Below are positions 39,795 to 50,834 of a stretch of DNA of 64,000 bases, piece after piece. Within the stretch, counting starts at the first letter, position 1. Each line of letters opens with the position of its first letter. A program made the position numbers and the translations under genes. Origin of the DNA: a virus (taxonomy: Duplodnaviria; Caudoviricetes); the IMG/VR virus record IMGVR_UViG_3300032007_000017. One strand, written 5' to 3'. The notes beneath the pieces were generated by a model, which was given only the letters and a program-made list of their open reading frames with translations, searched no databases and was not told the origin of the DNA.

Positions 39795-40860
39795 TTCTAA
39801 GTACTTAAGGGGAAATGATTAAGTACTTAAGAGTGGGGAAACACTCTGCTCGCAATTACGGACCACAACATATTGTGCATCATTCTACACTATATTGAGT
39901 GGATTATTCATTTATCTCTTCAGATTAAATATTTTTTATTTGAACTACTATATACCAACATTACAATATTCAATTTTTGAAAGTTTCTACAGTTGGCGTT
40001 GTACAAACACATTAGCTAGAGAAGTTAACAAATTCATACACTTAGTAGCACAGGTTTTTTTGTATATAGGAGTTCTTTATATTATAGAGAGTAAATTCTC
40101 TTTATTTAATTATAGAGATAGAAGTTTACCGCTCTCAATATAAATATAGACTGATTTACTAATATGTTTTTGACAGATATATTTATATAATTTTTATAAG
40201 AAATTCATAGAACTAAAAATCTAAAGAGACTAGAGCGTTAGCTCTAGTCTCTGATTTTAATTAATTGAATTATTCTCTTTCTTATGATTTGTTCTAGGTT
40301 CTTTTCCCATATATATTTAAAGTTATTTACCTGGAGAACGCCGAGAACCCGCCCTTATTCGGGTTCTCCGCCATAACTTAAATAAAAAGAACGTCTTACG
40401 ACGAATTTAGATTAAAATAGGAAGGTCAAATTTTCTCAAAAATTTCGAAAAATTGGCAAAAAATAAACCCCGTAGCCTCAGCTACGGACAAAAAAATATA
40501 CCCATGTTTAGATTAAACATGGTTAAATAAATTAAGTTAATTTAGATAAACTTAAATGAAATTTATTAAACTTAAGATATAGATTTAATAAACTTTTTTG
40601 AAATGTATAAACATTTCATGTTTATATTATGTGTTTATTTTCAAGTTTACTCAGGTAATTTTTCAGAAAAATATATTTTCTATTGCCCCATGTATCCTTT
40701 TTCTTTTTTTTATTATATATAATTTATTTATATATAATTTATATATATTTAATTTATTTATTTTATTTAATTTATATATATTATATTTATTTTCCTTCCT
40801 TCTTCCAAGCCCCCTTTATTAGTAATTTTGTTAGTTTTGTAAAAAATTATTTTACATTTT
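39795..40860. other. Long AT-rich non-coding region, candidate replication origin
   Basis: Nearly pure A/T at ~40700-40790, several palindromes, AAGTACTTAAG x2. Confidence 0.35.
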
Positions 40861-41161
40861 CGGATTTATAGAGAGGGGAAGCAACCCCCTCTCTATAAAC
40901 AGCCAAAAGAAAAGGAAACAAGAGATGGAATAAGAAAGAATGATTCATATGAGTAATTTATTGTTAGTGAATTATGAAAAATTACTCAAAAGCCAAATGC
41001 TGAATATAATTCCAAATATTCCAACTGGTGGTAAAAATGGAAGCCAGAAAAAGATACTAGATAGCAATGTAATTATTCCTATAAGTTTAATCATGATAAT
41101 AGCCTCCTTTAATGTATTGGTCATTTTAATAATATGTAGATGAGTGGGAATTTAATCCCAC

Positions 41162-42424
41162 TCATCTATTAGCATTATGGATAGACAATGCGAAATACAT
41201 CTTGATTGCTCTTTCAAAAGAATTCTTAGTAGCAAGACGAGATCTTCTACGGATATATGCAGGAGAATTCTCAGAAAGTAAAGATTCAATCAACTCCTGA
41301 GTCTTCTTTAACTCAGGTTGTTTGGCATTTGGTTTTGGAGAGATCGTATAAGTAATAAACTTAGGATTTCTCACATCTTTATCCTTACTATCGCTATAAT
41401 TACAATATGCCGTAATCATAAGCATAACAAGCTCTCTGATCTTGATAGTACTTCTAGGATCACCAAAGAGAGATTCCATAATAGACTTCATCTCTTTTGT
41501 AGTGATATTAGAATCTGAACAAGCTCTACAGATAGCATAGTCAACACCAGAACTCAGCATGTAATTGACTGCTTTCTCTGTCATTTTCTGAATTCGTAAA
41601 GAATCTGAATCAGCAAGTCTATAACTATCTTCTTCAACAGAATCAGAGTTATAGTTCATATATAACTGATCTCTCTTCTCCCAATTCTTATAATACTCAT
41701 TTGCAATATTACGAAGGAAGGAACGAAGACGAGATTGAAGCTGGTTAATCATGATATAAACCACATCTTCATCAGTAAAGCTTTTAAGATTCTTTGAATA
41801 TGTAGTATACCAAACATTTGAAATCTTTCTGACAGCTCCAATAACAGATCCTTCAGAAACAATATCAAACTTAGTATTCAGAGAATTATTGACGGTATAC
41901 TCCATAATATGTCTTGCAGGAAGTACTACTTTCCATTGATTATAGTGAATAGAAGGATAGAATTTACCAGAGAATGCAAGATGAATACAAGCAAGCTCTG
42001 CTTCTTTCTGCATTTTCTTGAGATAGAAATAACGAATGACACACATCATCGTTACTGTAAATTCATCTTTAGCAGCTAGAGGAGAGAAATGAGGTTCATT
42101 ACCATAATAGGTCTTTTGAATACACTCTGTTACAAAGCTCTTATCAATATCAAGAGCTTGAAAGAGTGCATTTGCATCATCTTCTCCAAAGACAATTCTA
42201 GCGCAAGGAAGTGTATCATAAAGATCATCTGATCTCTTTTGAATAAAATTAGATACAAGTTGCTTATACTTTTGCTTACCATTAGGTCTATCGAGCTGTT
42301 TCTCTACTAATGGATAGAGTTTGTCTCTAAAGACTGTAGTATCTGCATCAATCTTATAAGCAACTTCATTGAGAGGACTAAGAGACATAAACATAGTCTC
42401 TAATAATACATTATTAGGCATCAT
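41162..42424 (-). CDS. Hypothetical protein (420 aa)
   Basis: AACA-N6-TA motif at 42434-42445; RBS GAGGTG. Confidence 0.7.
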   Translation of the reverse strand: MMPNNVLLETMFMSLSPLNEVAYKIDADTTVFRDKLYPLVEKQLDRPNGKQKYKQLVSNFIQKRSDDLYDTLPCARIVFGEDDANALFQALDIDKSFVTECIQKTYYGNEPHFSPLAAKDEFTVTMMCVIRYFYLKKMQKEAELACIHLAFSGKFYPSIHYNQWKVVLPARHIMEYTVNNSLNTKFDIVSEGSVIGAVRKISNVWYTTYSKNLKSFTDEDVVYIMINQLQSRLRSFLRNIANEYYKNWEKRDQLYMNYNSDSVEEDSYRLADSDSLRIQKMTEKAVNYMLSSGVDYAICRACSDSNITTKEMKSIMESLFGDPRSTIKIRELVMLMITAYCNYSDSKDKDVRNPKFITYTISPKPNAKQPELKKTQELIESLLSENSPAYIRRRSRLATKNSFERAIKMYFALSIHNANR

Positions 42425-42466
42425 ATCACCTCTTACTAAAATGTTTCAGGTAAAAAAGAAATCGCC

Positions 42467-42733
42467 TTAGCGATTTCTTTTCTTCGTCAGCTTCTCAATA
42501 AAGCACAAAGCCTTATAAAGAACCCAACGTGCAGGGACTGACAGCATTGCCAGAGTCATAAACCCGGCAAATGCTACCATGATGAGCATCCCAAAGAACT
42601 GGGATTCGGTAGGATCGGTCATGAAATGTGCCAGAATGAAGTTTGGTGCCCAAATGATATAGGGCACTAAAAATGCCATTCCGGCAAGAATGCCGATGCT
42701 GTGGTAGATGGCTTTTGCAATCAATTTCTTCAT
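42467..42733 (-). CDS. Small membrane protein
   Basis: Start MKKLI after AAGGAG; two hydrophobic helices. Confidence 0.6.
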   Translation of the reverse strand: MKKLIAKAIYHSIGILAGMAFLVPYIIWAPNFILAHFMTDPTESQFFGMLIMVAFAGFMTLAMLSVPARWVLYKALCFIEKLTKKRNR

Positions 42734-42770
42734 GTTCTTTTTCTCCTTTTTATTTTTATATTTGGTATAA

Positions 42771-42995
42771 CTAACTATTGACAGGACTATATCCTGCCAG
42801 GAACTGATGCAATGCATCAATCGAATACTTGCCTAATGCCATGGGTGCAATTCGATTAGTATGCAGAGCGATCTGAGATGGAGTCAGTGGTGATGACTCC
42901 ATCTCACTCTCTTTGACAAACGTAATACGTCCATCATCGAGAATAAAGTAGCAGCCAGGATCTTGTGTCGTCCTACTGCAATATAGAGACCTCAT
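42771..42995 (-). CDS. Small hypothetical protein
   Basis: RBS AAAGGAG; ATATTAT-type motif at ~43060-43069. Confidence 0.55.
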   Translation of the reverse strand: MRSLYCSRTTQDPGCYFILDDGRITFVKESEMESSPLTPSQIALHTNRIAPMALGKYSIDALHQFLAGYSPVNS

Positions 42996-43142
42996 AGCTC
43001 TACTCCTTTCTTCTAGAATTCAAGTGGGGGTGAGATATAAGTATCTCTTTATTCATAATTATAATATGTAATTGAAAATGATAACTTTTACGGATCATCG
43101 AAATCAACAAACCCCACACCAAAACTGGTGTGGGGTTACATT

Positions 43143-43721
43143 TTATGTAGAAGCTTGTTGTTCGTCTTTTTTGACTTTGGATAATGTATACAGATCAATG
43201 AGTTTATCAACAATTTCTTTTGTTTTATCATTGATTAGTTTCTTATCCTTTCTACAAGCCCAATACTTGTCGGCTGGCATATACTTGCTGTTTTCTCCAA
43301 CAGCAATCCAATCCAGTACCATTTCTACAATGGATTCTGGATCCATTTCCAAAGCAACAAATTGTCCATTGCTCATATCTATCCAGTGTTCTAGATAATA
43401 TGAATTCTCATGATAATGAGCTAATAGACTACGCTGATACATATATTTTCTACGAGGAGAATCTATTGGTAGATCTTCTGTAGGGAATCTATAGAAATAA
43501 GCCATAATACCAATAGTTTCAATCTTGTTTGATAATTTAGATAGGTCATGTGCTGTTATCCTAGCTTCTACAGTTGAATAATCGGCGCCTGCCACTTTAC
43601 AAAATACCTCGCCATATTTATCAAATGCCTTCTTGATCAATTCTCTGTGATTTGATACATCTCGCAGGAATGCATCACGTGCCTCTTCCTTTGTGTCAAA
43701 TGTTTGAATATTACTTTTCAT
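43143..43721 (-). CDS. HD-like (DUF5662-type) protein
   Basis: NH..HDLSKL..HYHEN..EMVLDW pattern. Confidence 0.55.
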   Translation of the reverse strand: MKSNIQTFDTKEEARDAFLRDVSNHRELIKKAFDKYGEVFCKVAGADYSTVEARITAHDLSKLSNKIETIGIMAYFYRFPTEDLPIDSPRRKYMYQRSLLAHYHENSYYLEHWIDMSNGQFVALEMDPESIVEMVLDWIAVGENSKYMPADKYWACRKDKKLINDKTKEIVDKLIDLYTLSKVKKDEQQAST

Positions 43722-43799
43722 GATGACTCCAAACAGCCTCCTTTCTCTAGGCTCATTAATGGTATGTTTCAGGTAAAAAATAAAGGGCCCTTAGGCCCT

Positions 43800-44363
43800 T
43801 TATCTTCTTTTATCTTTATAGAAATATGTAGCAGGATCTCTTTTCCATTCATTATAATTATTATAGATATCTTCAGCTATTTTTTCGGGAGTTTTGGTAG
43901 GAGCTCTATTGTTTATAACAGCATAATTGCATAAAGAGTGATAGAATGGATATCTGATATCTGCAAGTTTTCTTTTTGACTTTATATTGATACTCATGGT
44001 TCTGGGGTCTCTGACGTATTTGAGATCACATTTGACCCAGACGATAAATGTATCTGTCATTGTACGAAGCAATTGTCTACAATCTTCGCTCATAACAATG
44101 CCACCACCAGTATCGATAATAAATTCTTCACCTATAAATTCTCTACTGCTACATATATTCTCAATAATACTTAATGTATCATGCTGAATTCTATTTCTAT
44201 AGTATTCTGTAATATTACTTACATCTCCACAAATTCCTTTAATTACCTGATCCATACGTGTATAATTAACCATAGTTTTAGGATCATCTAAAACATCTTG
44301 CAATGCATTTGCAATTGTTGACTTACCTGCTCCAGGCATACCAATTAAAATGATTTTAGACAT
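43800..44363 (-). CDS. Shikimate kinase-like P-loop kinase
   Basis: KIILIGMPGAGKSTIA, IIDTGGGIV, R..FY. Confidence 0.7.
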   Translation of the reverse strand: MSKIILIGMPGAGKSTIANALQDVLDDPKTMVNYTRMDQVIKGICGDVSNITEYYRNRIQHDTLSIIENICSSREFIGEEFIIDTGGGIVMSEDCRQLLRTMTDTFIVWVKCDLKYVRDPRTMSINIKSKRKLADIRYPFYHSLCNYAVINNRAPTKTPEKIAEDIYNNYNEWKRDPATYFYKDKRR

Positions 44364-44409
44364 AATAAAACCTCCTATAAAATGTAAAGAGGCCCGAAGG
44401 CCTCTTTAT

Positions 44410-46788
44410 TTAATTGATCTGTGAATATATGATTTGATCATTCTTTAAATTCAATACCTTATCTCCACCAGATACTGAACTACCAATGGTAATTCCTTTA
44501 ACAGGGAATTGTAGTTCTCCAGCATTAAAGCATCGAATTGTAAGAGTCTGAGAATCATCAGCACAAAGAATATTCTGAATTGTATCATCTTTTGATAAAC
44601 GAATCAGAGAGAATTCTTTCTTTTCCTTATCAACACCAGGAATACTATTAAAGGCAACTTTATTCAGTTTACCCATCTTAGTAACACAGATCAGATAAGG
44701 AGCATGCTTAGCATTTAATATAATCATTCCATCAAGATTTCCAGACTTAAGAGTCTTATTACCCCTAGCAGCTCTTTTCATAGTAGAAATAGAGTTGACA
44801 GGAATAGTCATGACTCTCTTGTTATTGAAAACCAAGATAGAGCAATTAGAGAATGCTATATTCAGATCCTGAATATAATCACCCTTATCAAGCTTTGCAT
44901 ACAAGAGACCAGAAGAAGGAATCGTAGTAAACTCATCCAACTCCATCTTCTTAATAAAGCCAGACCTTGTAATAGATACAATGTGATATCTTACAGAAGT
45001 CTTATCTTTATTTCTCATCTTCTTCAAAAGATCCTCAGAAAATACTTTAACGCAATTTCCAGAGAATGTCTTAAAGATAAATCTAAGATCAGTTCTTGCA
45101 TCAAACGGGAGTTTATTGACTAAGAGCTTAAATACCTTACCAGCTCCATCAAAGATAATCAAATGATCAGCATTATCAATTTCGATAATCTGTTTGATTA
45201 CATCATTCTTGATAGAGTTGAACTTAGAACCAGCAGGTACTTTAGCAATGAATCCTTTTTCAGTAATAGCTACATACATCGGACCAGTAGGAATGAAATC
45301 CTTAGCAGAACTCATATGAATGAGTTTAGAATGCCTAGGACAACCATACTTCTGCTTGATTGTAAGTAGCTCTTGTCGAATATATTCAGTGATAGCATTA
45401 TCATCAGTTGTAAGCATAAAATACTGATCTCTCATCTGATAGAGCTGAGCTCTTTCTTCCTTCAGCTTCTTCAGATATGCAGGAGTCAAATTTCCAAGGT
45501 TTGCATTGATGATATACTTTGCTTGAAGATCGGTAACATCAATCATCTTAATGATATACTCGATCAATTCATTACTATCTTTTGTATTATCTTTACGATA
45601 AGACCGAATCTTAGCGATTACTTGATCAATTTTGCCAGACTCCATCAGTTTAATGAAAGCTTCCTTTTCATGAAGCTTAGTATTAATCTGCTGAAGACGA
45701 TTGACAAAGAGTCTATACTTAACCTTCTTACGATGCTCAATAAAGAACAGAAGATAATCACGATAAGAAGGTCTAATCAGATCCAAACCATTCAGCATCT
45801 CAAAGTTAATTCTTTGAGTAGACTGAATAGAAGTATTCTGATAAAGTACATTCTTGATATATTCAGGATCAGTTCCTGATTTCAAGATATACACGTATTC
45901 AAGATTGTCTCCTTTTGATTCATCGAACTCAGAGTCAATCTGAATGATCTTCTTTTTAGCAACAAGCATATTGACCTGATTAATAATGGTATCCAGAAAG
46001 ATTCCATCAGGAATACTATGGATAATCACTGCAGGTCTATGCTTGAAGTTCTCATTAGAATAATCCTGAACGGTTTCGATGATTCCTCTTACAGTAAAGA
46101 ATCCAAAACCGGTCTTAGAAATCTCTGCCCAGTTAGCATCATCAAAGATTTCACAATGCTGACAAGTATCAGGAATCAAGACAATATTGGCTTTAGGATT
46201 ATCCATAAGAGTAAGAATAGCATCGATTACTTCATTGGTATTATGACAAGGAATCTCTGCTTTCTTACCAACACCAATACCAAAAGAACCATTGATCATT
46301 GCCATCGGTAAAGCTGAAGACAAATATTCAGGTTCTTTACGAGTATGGTCATAATTGTCAACCCAGTTGACTGAGTCAGATGCTTCTCTCATATCTCCAA
46401 CGATATATTCAAGAGCAAAGTCACTAAGTCTTACCTCATTATATCGAGGAGCTGCCATAGGATCACCTTGAATATTACCAAAGGATCCTTGCTTTGCACA
46501 AACTGGAAGATATGACTCAAACCAGTTTACCATAGGCTTTACAGATCCAGCAAGAGATTGATCACCATGACCATGATATCTCATTGCTGCACCAGCAATG
46601 GTAGCTGTCTTTATTGTATGAGTCGTAGCACCTTCTTCAAGCATAGTATATAATAATCTACGCTGAACAGGTTTGAATCCATCCTTAATGTCAGTCATGA
46701 TTCTATCATAAGTGACATATAAGGCATAACGTTGATAATCTGATTTAAATTGCTGTGACAGATTAACAGGAATTATTTTTTCCGACAT
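44410..46788 (-). CDS. gyrA: Type IIA topoisomerase / DNA gyrase subunit A
   Basis: DGFKPVQRR, HGHGD, AAPRY catalytic Tyr, GIGVG..IPCHN, C-terminal pinwheel repeats; start placed at MSEKI after AAGGAG. Confidence 0.92.
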   Translation of the reverse strand: MSEKIIPVNLSQQFKSDYQRYALYVTYDRIMTDIKDGFKPVQRRLLYTMLEEGATTHTIKTATIAGAAMRYHGHGDQSLAGSVKPMVNWFESYLPVCAKQGSFGNIQGDPMAAPRYNEVRLSDFALEYIVGDMREASDSVNWVDNYDHTRKEPEYLSSALPMAMINGSFGIGVGKKAEIPCHNTNEVIDAILTLMDNPKANIVLIPDTCQHCEIFDDANWAEISKTGFGFFTVRGIIETVQDYSNENFKHRPAVIIHSIPDGIFLDTIINQVNMLVAKKKIIQIDSEFDESKGDNLEYVYILKSGTDPEYIKNVLYQNTSIQSTQRINFEMLNGLDLIRPSYRDYLLFFIEHRKKVKYRLFVNRLQQINTKLHEKEAFIKLMESGKIDQVIAKIRSYRKDNTKDSNELIEYIIKMIDVTDLQAKYIINANLGNLTPAYLKKLKEERAQLYQMRDQYFMLTTDDNAITEYIRQELLTIKQKYGCPRHSKLIHMSSAKDFIPTGPMYVAITEKGFIAKVPAGSKFNSIKNDVIKQIIEIDNADHLIIFDGAGKVFKLLVNKLPFDARTDLRFIFKTFSGNCVKVFSEDLLKKMRNKDKTSVRYHIVSITRSGFIKKMELDEFTTIPSSGLLYAKLDKGDYIQDLNIAFSNCSILVFNNKRVMTIPVNSISTMKRAARGNKTLKSGNLDGMIILNAKHAPYLICVTKMGKLNKVAFNSIPGVDKEKKEFSLIRLSKDDTIQNILCADDSQTLTIRCFNAGELQFPVKGITIGSSVSGGDKVLNLKNDQIIYSQIN

Positions 46789-46990
46789 AATTTTAGATAA
46801 CTCCTTTGCTAGTTTCAATCTTATGTTTATTCATCATTTAAAGAGCGATGTCAGAAACTCTGATATTGTAATAATGAAATTCATATAATCACCTCAATAT
46901 AATAATATCCAACTGAAAGACATATTATTATTATGAGAGTTTATGACCCTTTAAACATTTGATTAGCAATAACACAAGGAGTTGAAACTA

Positions 46991-48532
46991 ATGGCTGATA
47001 AAAAGAAAGTGAATCAAACCGATTTCAAATCCAATATTGAAAACTATTATGACGAATTTAAGTCATATGAAACTTTCGCTGATGCTGTGCGTCATTTGCC
47101 AGGCAACTATTTAGGAGCCATCGGAAATACTGGATGGAAAGCAATGGTTCGAGAAATATTTCAGAATGCTACAGATGAGGCTATTAAAAATGAATCCCCA
47201 TGCAATTATGTCATTCTGAAATATAATGAGAGTGATCAGTCTGCAGAAGTTATTGATAATGGTCGTGGTATTCCGCATAATCACATTATCGATATCTATA
47301 CATCTGCACATGTATCGACTAATTTTATCGAATCGAAAAAGCTATACGAATATTCCTCTGGTGCACATGGCGTCGGCGGTGGCGTTGCAATGGCATTGTC
47401 TGAATTCATGTCCATTGAATCTTCTGTCCTAGGTGTATGCCATCGAGTAGAGTTCAATAGAGGTATTCCTTGGAAATATGGAGAAAAGAAAGTCAAGTCT
47501 GATATCCAACAGGGTACCAGAATATTTCTGACTCCTGATAGAGATATTGTGGGTCAAACTAATCTTACTTCTGATGAAGTATTGAATGGATTAGTTCTAA
47601 AAATCTTCCCACTGATTCCCATTGGATATACTATCGAGTATATTGGTACTAGATATGATGGATCAGTAGATCATCAGATTCTTACCAATAAAGATGGTAT
47701 CATGTTCAATCTGAATAAGAAGGTTGCAAAACCCCTTATTCATCCGATTGAAATCTTTGAAGACAATGGCACCATGAAGTTCCATGCTGTATTTACCTAT
47801 GATCCTACAGCTATGGAAGACTCCGAAGATATCGATGCATTTGCAAACTATACGCCTTGCGTGGGCGTGAATCAAACGAAGTTCTTAGAAGCTCTTTGTT
47901 CATTCTTCACTCAGTATATGAATAAGATCTTCTTAAAAAATCAGAAGATTACTGTTACTCAGGCTGATATTAAGACTGGTCTTAAAGCAGTAGTTGATGC
48001 TGCACATTTGCATCCAATTTTCGAAGGACAAGGTAAAGTGGCAATCAATAATCCTGACTTAGGAAAGTTCATTTATGATCTTACCAAAAAGTCTCTCGAG
48101 AATTGGGCAAAGGTTAATCCTACTGAGCTTGCTAGACTCTGTAAATACTTTAAAGATATTGCAGAGATCAGGTCTAAGCTTGAGAATGGAAAGACCAAGC
48201 TTAGTAATCAATATGCAAAGTCTATAATTTCTGGTGATCCTGAAAAGTATTTGAAAGCCTCCGGCAAGAAAGGTGTAGAGCTCTATATAGTCGAGGGAGA
48301 TTCAGCATTTGGATCTGCTCGTTCTGGTAGAGATCCAGTACACAATGCCGTATTCCCCATACGTGGTAAGATCCTTAATGTATTTGGCAAGGTTAAATCA
48401 GAGGTTTTCAAGAATCAAGAAATAGCATCGATTACCAAAATTATTACAGGTCTTGATCATTATGATAAAGACTTCGATCCTGCAAAATCTAGATTTGATA
48501 AGATTATATTTATGGCTGATGCCGATCCGGAT
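46991..48532 (+). CDS. gyrB: Type IIA topoisomerase / DNA gyrase subunit B, exon 1
   Basis: EIFQNATDE, DNGRGIP, GAHGVG, VEGDSA, PIRGKILN, MADADPD. Confidence 0.92.
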
Positions 48533-49685
48533 AAATATGTGTTGCTGTCCGGCCCAGTGGTGACACTGGTGAACAAAATCCCTTTAATTGCTGGAAACTC
48601 CTTACATCAAGCAAACTACAACGTGGCTAGCAATAGCGAGCGTGAATGTTTGAAAATTGCTTGATTTGGACAATCAGCAGCTAAGACCAATTATAATACC
48701 ACTATTTAAAGAAAGGAGTATAAAATATGTATTATCCATTTATAAGAAATGATATACAGTGGAAACCAATAACTGATGATATGGTACCAAATATAGAAAA
48801 AGATAGATATCTGATTTCTAATGCTGGTACGATATACGATAAATTACAAGATAAAATACTAAGTGTCCATAATTGTGGCGAAGGATATTTAAGTGTATCT
48901 CTTGCAACTATTGATGAATCTGGTTTAAGACACCGTAAAGGAATGCTTGTCCATCGTTTAGTTGGAATGGCATTTATTGATGGTGATTGGAATAAACAGA
49001 TTAATCATAAAGATGGAGATAAAGTTTATTGTGAAGAAGAAAATCTAGAGTGGGTTACACCAAGAGAAAATTTAATGCACGCTTTAGATATGGGTCTTCA
49101 TAAATCCGGCGGAGATAGAATAACGTCACATTTGACAAATGAACAAGCCGTTATTGTTAAACAAGACTTAGCTAATAGAATGACTATTAGCCAGATACTA
49201 AATCACATAGGTCTTGAAGATAATAAAAGAAATAGGGGTTTGATCATTGATATTAAACGTGGAAAAACGTATACTAGAGTGGGCACCGATATATCATATT
49301 CTGTCGAAAAATTATGTGAACGAAGACTAGATAGAAATACTGTAATACAGATATGCGAATATATGCAAGCAAATCCGAATATTACATATGGCTATTATAG
49401 TAGACTTATTGATATGCTTGGGATACCTTGCTATAATCAAGAAGAGCGTTCAATGATTAGAAGTATGATAGGTAGTATTTATCGTAGAAAAGCATATACT
49501 GATATATCTAAAAATTATAATTGGTAAAGTTCAGAGACTATCGAAATGGCGAATAATATTCGTACAGAGTAGAGTAGGATTGTATGATTGCATAAGTTGC
49601 TCTAAATTTATGCAATCATATGATTCGAAATGGGGGACTCTCATATATGTATATGAGATGAAGATATAGTCCAACCGCCTGAAAG
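48533..49685 (+). mobile_element. Group I intron in gyrB with an HNH homing endonuclease in the P6 extension
   Basis: P1 CCGGAT/GTCCGG with U-G at the splice site; P AATTGCTGGAAAC, Q AATCAGCAG, R GTTCAGAGACTA, S AAGATATAGTCC; ends in G; removal restores DADPD|GKHI; ACCAATTATAAT/ATTATAATTGGT stem flanks the ORF. Confidence 0.92.
48727..49527 (+). CDS. NUMOD4-HNH homing endonuclease (I-HmuI-like)
   Basis: WKPI..YLISNAG, VHRLVGMAFI, INHKDGDK..NLEWVTPREN. Confidence 0.9.
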   Translation: MYYPFIRNDIQWKPITDDMVPNIEKDRYLISNAGTIYDKLQDKILSVHNCGEGYLSVSLATIDESGLRHRKGMLVHRLVGMAFIDGDWNKQINHKDGDKVYCEEENLEWVTPRENLMHALDMGLHKSGGDRITSHLTNEQAVIVKQDLANRMTISQILNHIGLEDNKRNRGLIIDIKRGKTYTRVGTDISYSVEKLCERRLDRNTVIQICEYMQANPNITYGYYSRLIDMLGIPCYNQEERSMIRSMIGSIYRRKAYTDISKNYNW

Positions 49686-50615
49686 GGTAAACACATTCGA
49701 TCTCTTCTTTGTAGACTCTTCGTCGTGTATTTTCCGAAATTCATTGAAGCTGGAAAAGTATATGCTGCTGTACCTCCTCTCTTTGGTCTATATCAAGGAG
49801 GTAAAGTAGTACAGTACTTTACTGACAATAATGAAGTATCTAGATACGTGAAAGATCAGTTTACAAAAAGATATGAGCTTAGAGATAAAGATACTGGTAA
49901 GAAGCTTACTAGTAATGATATCATTAAGCTCTTCTCTACAAATCTAGATTATGTAGAACTTCTGGAGAATACAGCTAAAATTGTTGCTGTTCATCCGAAA
50001 CTTCTTGAGGATATTCTTATTCAGGTCGCTGATGATATTGAACTTACGGTTGCACGTACCAAGCACGCAGCGGCAACAAAGGCAATGATTAGCATGAGTA
50101 TGGTTAATCAGGATACTCTTAAGGGTATGATTGATACCAATGTCAGTTTCTCTTTGAAGAAGCTCAATCTCAAGGCTCTTAAACAGAGACTTGAGAAAAA
50201 GTACAGATTCATTAAAGTTGATATTGACAATGGTAATATCGTCATTAGAGGTCTTGTATACGAAAAGACTCAAGAGATTGCAATTGGGCCTAGGTTTATC
50301 AGTAGCTGCTATGATGTCATTCATCTTCTCAGCAAGAATGAAAGAACTTATTTCAGTGTCAATGGAGAGACAAAGTCCTTGTATGAAGTCATGATGCTTG
50401 TAGCAAAACTGTTGCCTAATCTGAAGAGATACAAAGGTTTGGGCGAACAGAATCCTGATGAGCTTTATGATAGTACAATGAGTCCAGATGGACGTGTGCT
50501 TCTTCAGTATACAATGCAGAGTGCTAAAGAAGAGATTGAGAATATCAGAATTATCGATAATGATAGATCTGCTATTCTGAAAGGTCTCTCTGTTACACGT
50601 CAAGATATTGAATAA
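49686..50615 (+). CDS. gyrB: Gyrase subunit B, exon 2
   Basis: GKHIRSLL..PPLF..RYKGLGEQNPDEL; in frame with ORF 49725-50615. Confidence 0.9.
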   Translation, partial: GKHIRSLLCRLFVVYFPKFIEAGKVYAAVPPLFGLYQGGKVVQYFTDNNEVSRYVKDQFTKRYELRDKDTGKKLTSNDIIKLFSTNLDYVELLENTAKIVAVHPKLLEDILIQVADDIELTVARTKHAAATKAMISMSMVNQDTLKGMIDTNVSFSLKKLNLKALKQRLEKKYRFIKVDIDNGNIVIRGLVYEKTQEIAIGPRFISSCYDVIHLLSKNERTYFSVNGETKSLYEVMMLVAKLLPNLKRYKGLGEQNPDELYDSTMSPDGRVLLQYTMQSAKEEIENIRIIDNDRSAILKGLSVTRQDIE

Positions 50616-50627
50616 TAGGAGAACACT

Positions 50628-50804
50628 ATGGTCACTAATTCAGAGAATAAAAGTACAACTCTTATATCCGATTGGATTGATAGTTTACCGTATGATAGGA
50701 AACCTAAAATCCTTTCATTTTCAAGAATTACACAAAAGGAATTCTCTGTTATTAATTCTCCTATTAAAATCAAAGAAGATGTAAATCATCATCTCTTTGG
50801 ATAA
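50628..50804 (+). CDS. Small hypothetical protein (58 aa)
   Basis: RBS AGGAG, then MVTNSENK; followed by a terminator. Confidence 0.5.
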   Translation: MVTNSENKSTTLISDWIDSLPYDRKPKILSFSRITQKEFSVINSPIKIKEDVNHHLFG

Positions 50805-50806
50805 AA

Positions 50807-50834
50807 GAAAAGGGCTTCGGCCCTTTTCTTTTTT
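50807..50834 (+). terminator. Intrinsic terminator (identical copies at ~52910 and ~56474)
   Basis: GAAAAGGGC-TTCG-GCCCTTTTCTTTTT. Confidence 0.85.

Noticed and set aside
39895-41143. Short ORFs in the AT-rich region
   Set aside because: Low-complexity Ile/Tyr/Phe translations with no RBS.
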